A stretch of DNA of 64,000 nt from Bacillota bacterium. GTDB taxonomy: Bacteria > Bacillota > Dehalobacteriia > UBA4068. Below the pieces are notes generated by a model that searched no databases, was not told where the DNA came from, and saw only the letters and a list, made by a program, of their open reading frames with translations. Positions 1 through 9,163 of the stretch are shown in pieces. The position numbers and the translations under genes were made by a program. The stretch's first letter is position 1. The number at the start of each line of letters is the position of its first letter. The stretch covers positions 32,466 to 96,465 of the forward strand of contig JAUNBC010000002.1 in assembly GCA_030527285.1 (NCBI GenBank), written 5' to 3'.

Positions 1-696
1 GACCTTGATCGTATCGGCGCGGCGCACCTCGATGCGCACCGAGGAGTAAAACTTGAGCGCGCGGCCGCCGGAGGTGGTTTCGGGATTGCCGAACATGATG
101 CCGACCTTCTCGCGGATCTGATTGATGAAGATGAAGCAGGTGTTGGACTTGGACACCGCGCCGGTCAGCTTGCGCAACGCCTGCGACATCAGGCGCGCCT
201 GCAAGCCCACGTGCGCGTCGCCCATATCGCCCTCTAACTCCTGCCGCGGTACCAGCGCCGCCACCGAATCGACGACGATAACGTCGAGCGCGCCGCTGCG
301 TACCAGCGCCTCGGCTATCTCCAGCGCCTGCTCGCCGGTATCGGGCTGCGAGATCAGCAGCTCCTCGATATTAACGCCCAAATTGGCGGCATATACCGGA
401 TCCAGCGCATGCTCCACGTCGATAAAAGCGGCGGTGCCGCCGGCCTTTTGCGCCTCGGCCACGATATGCAGCGCTACCGTGGTCTTACCGGAAGACTCCG
501 GCCCATAGATCTCGGCCACGCGCCCGCGCGGCATACCGCCCACGCCCAGCGCAATATCCATGGCCAGCGAGCCGGTGGGTATCACCTCGACCGCGGTGAT
601 GCCTGAGCTGCCCAAACGCATTACCGAACCCTTGCCGAACTGCTTTTCGATCTGCCCTAAAGCGGCTGCCAAAGCCTGAGATTTATCTGCGTTCAT
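1..696 (-). CDS. recA: Recombinase RecA (N-terminal ~232 aa; 3' end lies beyond window start)
   Basis: Not in ORF track because it runs off the edge. Reverse translation from ATG (694-696) gives [29 protein letters not shown]...[16 protein letters not shown] (Walker A)...[32 protein letters not shown] lies upstream. Confidence 0.95.
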   Translation of the reverse strand, partial: MNADKSQALAAALGQIEKQFGKGSVMRLGSSGITAVEVIPTGSLAMDIALGVGGMPRGRVAEIYGPESSGKTTVALHIVAEAQKAGGTAAFIDVEHALDPVYAANLGVNIEELLISQPDTGEQALEIAEALVRSGALDVIVVDSVAALVPRQELEGDMGDAHVGLQARLMSQALRKLTGAVSKSNTCFIFINQIREKVGIMFGNPETTSGGRALKFYSSVRIEVRRADTIKV

Positions 697-749
697 AATA
701 TACCCTCCTCGGTTATCGCAATGCAGCTTGCGGCTGCGCCGGCTGCATC

Positions 750-796
750 AAACATATGTTCGATATAATTATAACATTTGTTCGATAGTTTGGCAA
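750..796 (-). promoter_or_regulatory. recA promoter (-35 TTGCCA 796-791, 17-nt spacer, -10 TATAAT 773-768) overlapped by two Cheo/LexA-type boxes (750-762, 773-784)
   Basis: Minus-strand reading gives CGAACAAATGTT and CGAACATATGTTT, matching the Gram-positive SOS box core GAAC-N4-GTTC. They flank or overlap a consensus -10, about 55-100 nt upstream of the recA ATG. Confidence 0.7.
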
Positions 797-939
797 TACC
801 CTGTGTAAAATTTATTTCGCGCGCCTAAAGTCCGCCGCCGGCTTGGGTGTTTTGTCTTTACAGAGGATGATCATTTGTTACCCGCAGCCCGTGATCATTT
901 GCATAACATACGCCGCCTTGGCAGCGGCGGCGTATGCTA

Positions 940-2688
940 TTACTGATCTTTGTATTGCAGCTCTTCGATCATCTCGGCTATCATCTGCTGGAGCTTGTCC
1001 GCCAGCTCGCCCACCGGAACCTCTAACACCTCGCCGGTAGCGCGGAGCTTGATCTCCGCCAGCCCGCTTTCGGAGCATTTCTTGCCCATGGTGACGCGCA
1101 GCGGGAAGCCGAGCAGATCGGCGTCATTGAACTTGACCCCCGGGCGCTCCTGACGGTCGTCGATCACCACTTCGACCCGACGGCGCAATAACTCCTCGTA
1201 CACCTGCTCCGCCTGCTCCATCAAATGCTCGTCCTTATCATTGACCGGCAGTATCGCCACCTGATACGGCGCTACCGTGATCGGCCAGATGATGCCGTGC
1301 TCATCGTTATGCTGCTCGATGATCGCCGCCATAGTGCGGCCGACGCCGATGCCGTAGCAACCCATGACCATCGGATGCTCGTCGCCGTTCTCATCGGTAT
1401 AGAGCGCGCCCAGCTTCTCCGAATACTTGGTATGCAGCTTGAAGATCTGCCCGACCTCGATGCCGCGCATCGAATCGAGCGGCTGGCCGCAAACCGGACA
1501 GGCCGCGCCCTTTTGCACCAGCGCGATATCGGCTACCTGCGAGATGCGATAATCGCCGCGCTGATAGTTGACGTTCATCAGATGATAGTCCTTGCGCCCG
1601 TCGCCGCATTCATGGTTGACCATCAGCGGCACTTCGGTATCGGCGATGATGAAGATATCCTCGGCCAGCCCCACGGGACCGCAATAGCCGGGCTCCATAC
1701 CATGCTCGCGCACCTCGTGATCCTCGGCAAAGCGCACGGCGATGCAGTCGAGCTTATTGCACAGCTTGATCTCGTTGACCTGACGGTCGCCGCGGATCAG
1801 CGCCACGAAGAATTTCTCTTCCTGCTCATAGATCGCCATGTAGCACAGCGTCTTGACGGTACGGTCGGCGGTCACGCCGAGCAGTCGCGCCAAATCGTCC
1901 ACCGTCTTGCAATCGGGAGTCTCCACCGATTTCATCGGCAGGAACTCCTCGCCCACGCCGGTGGGCACCGGAGCGACGGCGGCAATATCATCGGTAGCGG
2001 CGTAGTCGCAATGCGGGCAGAAGATGATCTGGCTCTCGCCAACCTCGGACAGCGCCATGAATTCATGGCTGCCCTCGCCGCCGATAGCGCCGGAATCAGC
2101 CACTACCGGCCGGTAAGTAAGCCCGCAGCGGGTAAAAACGCGGTTATACGCGTCATGCATCTTGCGATAGGAAATATCCAGCCCTTCCTCATCGCGGTCA
2201 AAGGAGTATAAATCCTTCATTAAGAATTCGCGGCAGCGCATCACGCCAAAGCGCGGGCGGCGTTCGTCGCGGAACTTGACCTGTATCTGATAAGGTAATT
2301 GCGGCAGCTGACGGTAGGAGCGCACGTCATTCTTCAGATGAGTGGTGATGACCTCCTCATGCGTAGGGCCGAGCAAAAAATCGCGCTCGTTTCTGTCCTT
2401 CATGCGCATCAGTTCCTTACCATAGACGTACCAGCGGCCGGAGTCCAGCCATAGCTCCGCCGGCTGCACCATCGGCATCGACAATTCCTGGCCGCCCTTG
2501 GCGTCCATCTCCTCGCGGATAATATCCATGATCTTCTTCATCACCCGCCAGCCCACCGGCATATAGCTGTATATACCCATGGCTACCTTATGGATCAAGC
2601 CTGCGCGCAGCATCAGCTGATGGCTGACTATCTCCGCCTCGGCAGGTACTTCGCGCAACGTGGGCGCATAGATCTGCGACATTCTCAT
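940..2688 (-). CDS. proS: Prolyl-tRNA synthetase (bacterial type with editing insertion)
   Basis: 582 aa. MRMSQIYAPTLREVPAEAEIVSHQLMLRAG matches bacterial ProRS N-termini. ATG with GGAGGA SD. Confidence 0.95.
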   Translation of the reverse strand: MRMSQIYAPTLREVPAEAEIVSHQLMLRAGLIHKVAMGIYSYMPVGWRVMKKIMDIIREEMDAKGGQELSMPMVQPAELWLDSGRWYVYGKELMRMKDRNERDFLLGPTHEEVITTHLKNDVRSYRQLPQLPYQIQVKFRDERRPRFGVMRCREFLMKDLYSFDRDEEGLDISYRKMHDAYNRVFTRCGLTYRPVVADSGAIGGEGSHEFMALSEVGESQIIFCPHCDYAATDDIAAVAPVPTGVGEEFLPMKSVETPDCKTVDDLARLLGVTADRTVKTLCYMAIYEQEEKFFVALIRGDRQVNEIKLCNKLDCIAVRFAEDHEVREHGMEPGYCGPVGLAEDIFIIADTEVPLMVNHECGDGRKDYHLMNVNYQRGDYRISQVADIALVQKGAACPVCGQPLDSMRGIEVGQIFKLHTKYSEKLGALYTDENGDEHPMVMGCYGIGVGRTMAAIIEQHNDEHGIIWPITVAPYQVAILPVNDKDEHLMEQAEQVYEELLRRRVEVVIDDRQERPGVKFNDADLLGFPLRVTMGKKCSESGLAEIKLRATGEVLEVPVGELADKLQQMIAEMIEELQYKDQ

Positions 2689-2760
2689 AAGCTTATCCTC
2701 CGCTGTTAAACTGTAAAACCGTATTTCATAATATTACAGGTTTTTTACGCCCTTTGCAAG

Positions 2761-3828
2761 CTATTTTTGCAATATTTCGTTAACTTTCTCCCATAGCGCT
2801 TCCAGCAGCTCGTCTTCATCATAGCTGCCGATGATCCGCCCGTGCGCGAACAGCAGGCCGCGCCCGTCGCCGCCGGCGACGCCGATATCCGCATCCGCCG
2901 CCTCGCCCGGGCCGTTGACAGCGCAGCCCATCACCGCCACCTTGAGCCTTCTTGCGGACGGCGGCAGCTGCGCCAGCCGCGCTTCCACGGCTTCGGCGAT
3001 GCCGATAACGTCGATGCGCGTACGCCCGCAGGTAGGACAGGCTATCAGCTCCACTCCGCCGGCGCGCATCTCCAGCAGCTGCAAAATACGCTGTCCGAGC
3101 AGCACCTCCTGCACCGGGTCGGCGGTCAGCGATACGCGCAGCGTGTCGCCGATGCCCTCCGAGAGCAGCGCGCCGACGCCCAGCGCCGATTTAAGCGCGC
3201 CCGTCGACAGCGTACCGGCCTCGGTAACGCCGATATGCAGCGGATAATCGCAAAGCGCGCTGGCCTGGCGATAGGCCGCCAGCATCACCGGCAGAGACGA
3301 CGCTTTCAGCGACAGCTTGATCGAGGAGAAACCGTTATCCTCAAGCAGCTCCGCCTGACGCAGCGCCGCTTCGCAGAGGCCGCCGGCGGTAACGCCGCCC
3401 TCGCGCTCGCGGATGTCCCTGGGCAGCGAGCCGCCGTTTACGCCGACGCGTATCGGTACGCCGGCCGCCCGCGCTGCCGCCGCCACTTCCGCCACGCGCT
3501 GCGGCCCGCCGATATTGCCGGGGTTGATGCGCAGACCGGCGACCCCGGCGGCGATCGCCGCCAATGCCAGCCGGTGATCAAAATGGATATCGGCAACCAG
3601 CGGCAAGGGCGACTCCCTGACCAAGCGCGGCAAGGCTGCCGCCGCCTCGTCGTCGGGCACGGCCACGCGGCCGATATCCGCGCCGGCCGCCGCCAAACGC
3701 CGCAATTGCGCCAGCGTGGCGGCAACGTCGGCGGTGGGCGTATTGCACATGCTCTGCACCGATACCGGCGCGCCGCCGCCGACGGTCACCTGCCCTATTT
3801 TAACGCTCTTGGTGAGTTTTCTTTGCAT
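2761..3828 (-). CDS. ispG: 4-hydroxy-3-methylbut-2-en-1-yl diphosphate synthase (flavodoxin)
   Basis: VKIGQVTVGGGAPVSVQSMCNT is typical of IspG/GcpE. The track start at 3834 is a GTG sitting inside the SD GAGGTG. ATG at 3828 has correct SD spacing. Confidence 0.9.
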   Translation of the reverse strand: MQRKLTKSVKIGQVTVGGGAPVSVQSMCNTPTADVAATLAQLRRLAAAGADIGRVAVPDDEAAAALPRLVRESPLPLVADIHFDHRLALAAIAAGVAGLRINPGNIGGPQRVAEVAAAARAAGVPIRVGVNGGSLPRDIREREGGVTAGGLCEAALRQAELLEDNGFSSIKLSLKASSLPVMLAAYRQASALCDYPLHIGVTEAGTLSTGALKSALGVGALLSEGIGDTLRVSLTADPVQEVLLGQRILQLLEMRAGGVELIACPTCGRTRIDVIGIAEAVEARLAQLPPSARRLKVAVMGCAVNGPGEAADADIGVAGGDGRGLLFAHGRIIGSYDEDELLEALWEKVNEILQK

Positions 3829-3835
3829 GAACACC

Positions 3836-4843
3836 TCAGCTGGCGATCAGCCGCAAAATGTCATTATAGGTCATCAGCGCCATCAGCGCCATCAGGCCGA
3901 CAAAATGCACCATGCCCTCCTTGCGCCGGTCGATCGGCCGTCCGCGCAGACCCTCGATAGCAAGGAAAATAATGCGGCTGCCGTCCAAAGCCGGTAAAGG
4001 GAAAAGATTGAGCAGGCCGAGATTGATCGACAGATAGGCGGTAAGCAGCAGCAGCGATTGCAGGCCGTAGCGCGCCGAATCGCCGATGATCGTCACGATG
4101 CCCACCGGCCCGGCCACATCCACCGGCGCTTGCCCTGTGAACATCGAGATCAGCGCCAGTATCAGCTCCTTGACGAACCATATCGACTGTTTGCAGCCGA
4201 GCGCTATCGCCGTGAACAGGTTTTGCCGCAGCCGCTCGGCCTCGATGCCGAGCATCCACAGCTGATACTCCTCATTGAACACCGGCGTGATGCTCAAGAT
4301 CAGCTGCTGTCCGTCGCGCTCCACCAGCACGCTCAGCTCCGAACCGGGCGGCAGGCTGTTGACGGCGGGGCCGATCTGCTCCCAGGTCGCAATCTCGATG
4401 CCGTTGACGCTGAGAATGCGGTCGCCGGCTTGCATACCGGCAGCCTCCGCCGGTTGGCCGGGCTGTATTTTACCCGCCACGTTCTCCGAGGAGGCGGTGC
4501 CGAGCATCATAAAGATAATGATAAACAGCACGATAGCGATCACAAAATTCATCAGCGGCCCGGCAAAGACCGTGAGAATGCGCTTCCAGATCTTGGCGTT
4601 ATTGAAAGCGCGCGGATCGTCGGAATCTTCGTCCTCGCCGCGCATTTTGCACCAACCGCCGATCGGGAAAGGCCGCAGCGTATAGGTGGTCTCCTTGCCC
4701 TGCCATTGCAGCAGCTTCGGCCCCATGCCCAAACTGAAATCCTCCACATAGACGCCGCTCCATTTGGCGACGATAAAATGGCCGAATTCATGGCTGAGTA
4801 TCAATAAGCAAAATACGGCGATCGCCGCGATGGCTGTCAGCAT
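3836..4843 (-). CDS. rseP: RIP site-2 zinc metalloprotease (M50, RseP/RasP) with PDZ domain
   Basis: 335 aa with HEFGHF zinc motif at the N-terminus and a polytopic membrane profile. Conserved position after dxr. Overlaps the dxr stop by 7 nt. Confidence 0.9.
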   Translation of the reverse strand: MLTAIAAIAVFCLLILSHEFGHFIVAKWSGVYVEDFSLGMGPKLLQWQGKETTYTLRPFPIGGWCKMRGEDEDSDDPRAFNNAKIWKRILTVFAGPLMNFVIAIVLFIIIFMMLGTASSENVAGKIQPGQPAEAAGMQAGDRILSVNGIEIATWEQIGPAVNSLPPGSELSVLVERDGQQLILSITPVFNEEYQLWMLGIEAERLRQNLFTAIALGCKQSIWFVKELILALISMFTGQAPVDVAGPVGIVTIIGDSARYGLQSLLLLTAYLSINLGLLNLFPLPALDGSRIIFLAIEGLRGRPIDRRKEGMVHFVGLMALMALMTYNDILRLIAS

Positions 4844-6018
4844 ATTACCTCCGCTTTTTTCACTAATGTTTTCACCATCATCCGCGCCTGAGCGTCGGCG
4901 CTCAAAATCTGTTCCAAGCTATTCGCCGGCAACGGCCGGTAGCCGTCCGCTAATTGCGTCAGGATATCGCTGATATCGGTAAAGCCGATCAAACCGGCTA
5001 AAAACAGCTTCACTAACTGTTCATTGGCGGCATTGAGATAGGCCGCCGCTGCGCCGCCGCGCTGCGCCGCCTGCCTGAACAGCTCCACCGCCGGATACTT
5101 GCGCCGGTCGATAGGCTGAAAATCCAGCCGCCCGAGCTGCTCTAAATCCAGAGCTTGCAGCGGCGACGGACGACGCTGCCCGCGCAGCAGCGCGTACTGT
5201 ATCGGCAATCGCATATCAGGCTGCGATAATTGCGCCTTGACGCTGCCGTCCACGTACTCGACCAGCGAATGGACGATGCTCTGCGGATGGAGCAGCGCGC
5301 TGATACGCGCCGGCTCGATATCGAACAGCCAGCTGGCCTCGATCAGCTCCAAGCCCTTGTTGACCATAGTAGCGCTGTCTACCGTGACCTTGGCGCCCAT
5401 TTGCCAGTTGGGATTATGCAGCGCCTCCTCCGGCTTGACCGCCGCTAACTGCTCATAGCTCAATTCACGGAACGCGCCGCCCGAGGCGGTGAGTATCAGC
5501 CGCCGCACGGCCTGACGCTCCTCCCCGCGCAGGCATTGCTGCAATGCCGAATGCTCGGAATCCACCGCGTACAGCCGCGAGCCATGCTCGGCGCATAGCC
5601 GCTTGACCAGCGCGCCCGCCGCTACCAGCGCCTCTTTATTGGCCAGCGCCACGTCTATGCCGGCCTCCAGCGCCGCTACCAGCGACGGCAAGCCGGCGCT
5701 GCCGGATATCGCCGCCAGCAGCATATCCGCGCCGCTGTCAGCCGCCGCCTGCGGCAAATACTCGGCTCCGGCGTATAGCTTCGTGGCGCAATCGCCGCAA
5801 GCTGCCTTGAGCGGGGCATAAGCCTCCGGCTCGACGATCACCGCCATGCGCGGCCGGAACTCGCGTACCGCGTCGGCCAGGGCGCGCCAGTTGGCGCCGG
5901 CTGTCAGGGCGCCGACGCGCAGGCTGCCGCTATGCAGGCGGCAGATCTCCAGCGCCTGCCGGCCGATGGAGCCGGACGCGCCGAGTATCGCTATATGATT
6001 GACCGCAGGCTCGCTCAT
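4837..6018 (-). CDS. dxr: 1-deoxy-D-xylulose 5-phosphate reductoisomerase
   Basis: 393 aa. IAILGASGSIGRQALE NADPH motif and full-length Dxr-like sequence. Confidence 0.95.
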   Translation of the reverse strand: MSEPAVNHIAILGASGSIGRQALEICRLHSGSLRVGALTAGANWRALADAVREFRPRMAVIVEPEAYAPLKAACGDCATKLYAGAEYLPQAAADSGADMLLAAISGSAGLPSLVAALEAGIDVALANKEALVAAGALVKRLCAEHGSRLYAVDSEHSALQQCLRGEERQAVRRLILTASGGAFRELSYEQLAAVKPEEALHNPNWQMGAKVTVDSATMVNKGLELIEASWLFDIEPARISALLHPQSIVHSLVEYVDGSVKAQLSQPDMRLPIQYALLRGQRRPSPLQALDLEQLGRLDFQPIDRRKYPAVELFRQAAQRGGAAAAYLNAANEQLVKLFLAGLIGFTDISDILTQLADGYRPLPANSLEQILSADAQARMMVKTLVKKAEVIC

Positions 6019-6029
6019 ACTCTACTCCG

Positions 6030-7172
6030 CTATTTTACCAGCAGCTTGGGCTGTTCATGCGCCGGTTTATGCTGCTCGCCGGGATTGATGATCTTATGCT
6101 TGTTCCGCGCGCGCATCGCCGCTACGATCACCGACAGCGTTATCGGCCCCAAGATCAGGCCGACGACGCCGAACATTTTCATGCCGATGAAAATAGCCGC
6201 CAAAGCCGCCAGCGGATGCAAACCGATACGGTCGCCCACTACTTTTGGCTCGAGGATATTGCGCGATACCGTCAGCAGCGCGTAAACGACGATCAAACCA
6301 AAGGCCATGCCCGGCTTGTCGAGAACGATACAGGCCACCGCCCACGGAACGATGATCGTGCCCGGGCCGAGTATGGGGATAATATCCATCACTCCGGCAA
6401 ACAGACCCATGGCGATGGGGCTGCCCGCGCCGAGCACGGAGAAGCCGATGATGCAGATGGCGGTGGAGATCGAGACCAACAGTATTTGCGCGCGCAAATA
6501 GCCGCCCAGGACCTCGGATATCGAATCATAGATGCTCAATACCGACTCGCGCCGCTTGGCCGGAAAGGGCGTGCTGAGGAAAATGCGCACCCGCTTTTCG
6601 TCGCGGCACCAATAGAAGATCGCCACCAGCATCACCAGTATCAGCACCAGCGCCTGCGGCGTGGACGATACCACCGAGAACACCATATCTAAGCCCTGCT
6701 CCGCCCAACCGCTGATCCTGTCATTGACTGTATCGAAATACTGGAACAGCTGTTGATAATCAAGGTTGAGCCGCTCGTAAACATTGGTAACATAGACGAT
6801 GAAATCATTTAGATACTGATCGGCCTCGGAAAAATACACCGCTACTTCAGCAAAGATATCCGACAGCACCGAGATGCACAGCATCACCAACAGCACGATC
6901 ACCGTCAGCAATATCAGCATCATCAGCAGCACCGCGATGGTACGCGGCAAATGCAGCTTGCCCGACAGCCAATCGGTAAGCGGGCGCGTGATCACCGCCG
7001 TCAGCCAAGCCACGGCAAAGGGCGTGATGATCACGCCGATGAATTTTACTATCGTCGCCAGATTAGGCGCGACCACCTCGCAGAGCAAAGCGAAGGCGGC
7101 AAAGGCGATGAGGATGATCGAGACGATCAGCAAATAACGCAGCAGCTCATCCCTGGAGATATTTTTCAGCAT
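6030..7172 (-). CDS. AI-2E family transporter (PerM/YtvI-like integral membrane protein)
   Basis: 380 aa polytopic membrane protein with a C-terminal pattern typical of UPF0118/AI-2E. AGGAGG SD. Confidence 0.75.
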   Translation of the reverse strand: MLKNISRDELLRYLLIVSIILIAFAAFALLCEVVAPNLATIVKFIGVIITPFAVAWLTAVITRPLTDWLSGKLHLPRTIAVLLMMLILLTVIVLLVMLCISVLSDIFAEVAVYFSEADQYLNDFIVYVTNVYERLNLDYQQLFQYFDTVNDRISGWAEQGLDMVFSVVSSTPQALVLILVMLVAIFYWCRDEKRVRIFLSTPFPAKRRESVLSIYDSISEVLGGYLRAQILLVSISTAICIIGFSVLGAGSPIAMGLFAGVMDIIPILGPGTIIVPWAVACIVLDKPGMAFGLIVVYALLTVSRNILEPKVVGDRIGLHPLAALAAIFIGMKMFGVVGLILGPITLSVIVAAMRARNKHKIINPGEQHKPAHEQPKLLVK

Positions 7173-7193
7173 ATTTCCTCCTGCTATGTTAGC

Positions 7194-7838
7194 TTAAAAC
7201 AGCAGTATCGACAGCAAATACATGAACGGCGCGGATAAGAGGATGCTGTCAAAGCGATCAAGTATGCCGCCATGCCCCGGGAAAACGCTGCCCGAATCCT
7301 TGACCCTGGCGATGCGTTTGACCTTGCTCTCCAGCAGATCGCCGGCCTGGCCGAGCGTCGAGATCAGCAGCGCCGTCAACAGCGCCGCGACCCAGCCCGC
7401 GCCGGTCAGCACGCCGAATACGCCGCCCGCCAGCGTGCCGCCGGCAGCGCCGGCCAGCGCGCCCTCGACAGTTTTATTGGGGCTGACGGCCGGAGCCAGC
7501 TTATGCTTTCCAAAACGGCGGCCGATCTCATAGGCGGCGATATCGGTGCACCAGATGATCAGCAGCAGCCACAGCGCGGCCATCCAATCCTCCGCGGCCA
7601 AACGCAGACCGAGAAAGGAAAAAAATCCGAGCATGATGTAGGCAAAGCCGAGCAGCCGCCATATCAGCAGATTATCGCCGCCGATACGCTGTACCAGCCG
7701 CTCATATTCGACACAGCCCACGGCGATCAGCGCCATCACGGCTATCGTCAGCGGCCAGCCGCCGAAATACAGCAGCAGCAGCAGCACCGGTATGCCGATC
7801 ATCGCCGTTATGACTCTCTTGTTAGCTTGATTGAGCAT
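7194..7838 (-). CDS. cdsA: Phosphatidate cytidylyltransferase (short form, 214 aa)
   Basis: C-terminal signature SKVKRIARVKDSGSVFPGHGGILDRFDS. Conserved uppS-cdsA adjacency. Confidence 0.9.
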   Translation of the reverse strand: MLNQANKRVITAMIGIPVLLLLLYFGGWPLTIAVMALIAVGCVEYERLVQRIGGDNLLIWRLLGFAYIMLGFFSFLGLRLAAEDWMAALWLLLIIWCTDIAAYEIGRRFGKHKLAPAVSPNKTVEGALAGAAGGTLAGGVFGVLTGAGWVAALLTALLISTLGQAGDLLESKVKRIARVKDSGSVFPGHGGILDRFDSILLSAPFMYLLSILLF

Positions 7839-7881
7839 ATTATCCCCCGTCGTAATACTTACAGCATATTCGCGGCCGCGT

Positions 7882-8634
7882 TCATACTTGCCCGATATTT
7901 CCGAAACGCCGCTCGCGCCGTTGATAGTCGATCACCGCGTCCAGCAGATCATTCTTGCCAAAATCCGGCCACAGCACCGGACAAAAATATAGCTCCGCAT
8001 AGGCGGCCTGATAGAGCAGGAAATTGCTGATACGCTGCTCGCCGGAGGGACGGATCAGCAGATCGACTTCGCCGCCGCCGTCGAACAATTGCGCCGCCAG
8101 CGCCCGCTCGTCGATATCGGCGGCATTCAGCTCGCCGGATACCGCCTGCTCGGCCAAACGCCGCGCCGCCAGCGCCAGTTCGCGCCGCCCGCCGTAATTG
8201 ATCGCCAGGTTGAGGCGCATCGAGCGACTCTGAGCGGTAGCGGCCAGCGCCTGATCGAGAGCCGCCAGCACCGCGTCGGGCAGACCCTCGCGCTCGCCGA
8301 GGAAGCCCAAGGCTATATCCTGCTCGTTCATCGTCCGCACTTCCTGCCGCAAATACTCGATCAGCAGCTTCATCAGAAACGACACCTCGTCCGCCGGACG
8401 CCGCCAATTCTCGGTGGAGAAGGCATAGACGCTCAGCGAAGCGACGCCCAGCTCGCGGCAGATCTCCGTACAGCGGCGCAGCGCCTCGGCTCCGGCGCGA
8501 TGGCCAAAGCTGCGCGGACGGTTGCGCGCCGCCGCCCAGCGGCCATTGCCGTCCATGATCACCGCGATATGCGCGGGCAAACGCTGCCTGTCTATCAGCT
8601 GCAATTTGACGCTGTAATCCTCATCTTTGCCCAT
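7882..8634 (-). CDS. uppS: Isoprenyl transferase (undecaprenyl diphosphate synthase)
   Basis: 250 aa. HIAVIMDGNGRWA and FSTENWRRP motifs. Confidence 0.95.
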   Translation of the reverse strand: MGKDEDYSVKLQLIDRQRLPAHIAVIMDGNGRWAAARNRPRSFGHRAGAEALRRCTEICRELGVASLSVYAFSTENWRRPADEVSFLMKLLIEYLRQEVRTMNEQDIALGFLGEREGLPDAVLAALDQALAATAQSRSMRLNLAINYGGRRELALAARRLAEQAVSGELNAADIDERALAAQLFDGGGEVDLLIRPSGEQRISNFLLYQAAYAELYFCPVLWPDFGKNDLLDAVIDYQRRERRFGNIGQV

Positions 8635-8707
8635 CGGCGCTCCTCAATTCCGTTTGGCATAAGCGCAAGCCAAATTTACCGCATACTTCCATTATTCGTA
8701 TTATGAT

Positions 8708-8736
8708 ATTATCTCATACCCCGCGCTCAAAGTCAA
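8708..8736 (-). promoter_or_regulatory. Sigma-A-type promoter for the uppS-cdsA... operon (-35 TTGACT, 17 nt, -10 GATAAT)
   Basis: Read on the minus strand: TTGACTttgagcgcggggtatgaGATAAT, about 70 nt upstream of the uppS ATG. Confidence 0.5.
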
Positions 8737-8863
8737 TGCGCCGCAAGGCGGCGCGCTGCGCGCCTCGCGCGGCTGTCCGCAAGCTCGCGCATCCTCAGCG
8801 CGATCAGAAATGGGCGCGGACATTGTCCTAAACAAGTAGAGCGTAGTTTATGGACGCGAAAGT

Positions 8864-8906
8864 AAAAAAACAAGAGACAGGCTCATGACCTGTCTCTTGT
8901 TTTATT
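8864..8906. terminator. Bidirectional rho-independent terminator (ends the ferredoxin gene on the minus strand)
   Basis: Perfect 10-bp stem CAAGAGACAG/CTGTCTCTTG (8871-8880 / 8890-8899), flanked by an A7 run and TTTTATTT. Confidence 0.85.
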
Positions 8907-8922
8907 TAAGTAGCTGCGGCTG

Positions 8923-9087
8923 CTATTTCTCAACGATAGCGCCGGTGGGGCAAGTATCTACGCAAGCGCCGCATTCCAAGCATTCCTCGGTAATAACATA
9001 GATATCGCCTTCTTTAATAGCGCTGGCGGGGCATTCGCTGGCGCAGCTGCCGCAAGCCAAGCATTCATCGGTAATTACATATGCCAT
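8923..9087 (-). CDS. Clostridial-type 2x[4Fe-4S] ferredoxin (54 aa)
   Basis: Below the ORF-track size cutoff. Translation: MAYVITDECLACGSCASECPASAIKEGDIYVITEECLECGACVDTCPTGAIVEK, with two CxxCxxCxxxCP motifs. AAGGAGGTG SD 8 nt upstream and a terminator downstream. Confidence 0.9.
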   Translation of the reverse strand: MAYVITDECLACGSCASECPASAIKEGDIYVITEECLECGACVDTCPTGAIVEK

Positions 9088-9163
9088 ATTGCTACACCTC
9101 CTTATTTATTTACCTGCTCTATCACTCAAAACCACAGTTTTGAATAATCGTACATAATATTCG

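Noticed and set aside
907-936. Hairpin CATACGCCGCC/GGCGGCGTATG directly after the proS stop, considered as a terminator.
   Set aside because: The stem is good, but on the minus strand it is followed by TTATGCAAAT, which is not a U-tract. It is not reported as a confident intrinsic terminator.
2689-2760. T-box leader upstream of proS.
   Set aside because: Only 72 nt separate proS from ispG, too short for a T-box (about 200 nt or more). No specifier or T-box sequence was seen.
2842-3960. 372-aa plus-strand ORF, along with similar long antisense ORFs at 1225-2211, 15982-17001, 18641-19747, 20649-21908, 33453-34544, 55955-57043, 59352-60473 and 61793-62638.
   Set aside because: Each lies opposite a gene with unambiguous family motifs (ispG, proS, ABC exporter, topA, dprA, nfnB, dacB, dus, DUF1015). 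Their translations are Arg/Ala/Gly/His-rich with no recognisable domains or ribosome-binding sites.
8736-8834. 32-aa Arg-rich ORF (MRRKAARCAPRAAVRKLAHPQRDQKWARTLS) on the plus strand, and a 40-aa ORF on the minus strand.
   Set aside because: Neither has a usable Shine-Dalgarno sequence. Their composition simply mirrors the local GC-rich sequence. The region is kept only as a candidate structured RNA.
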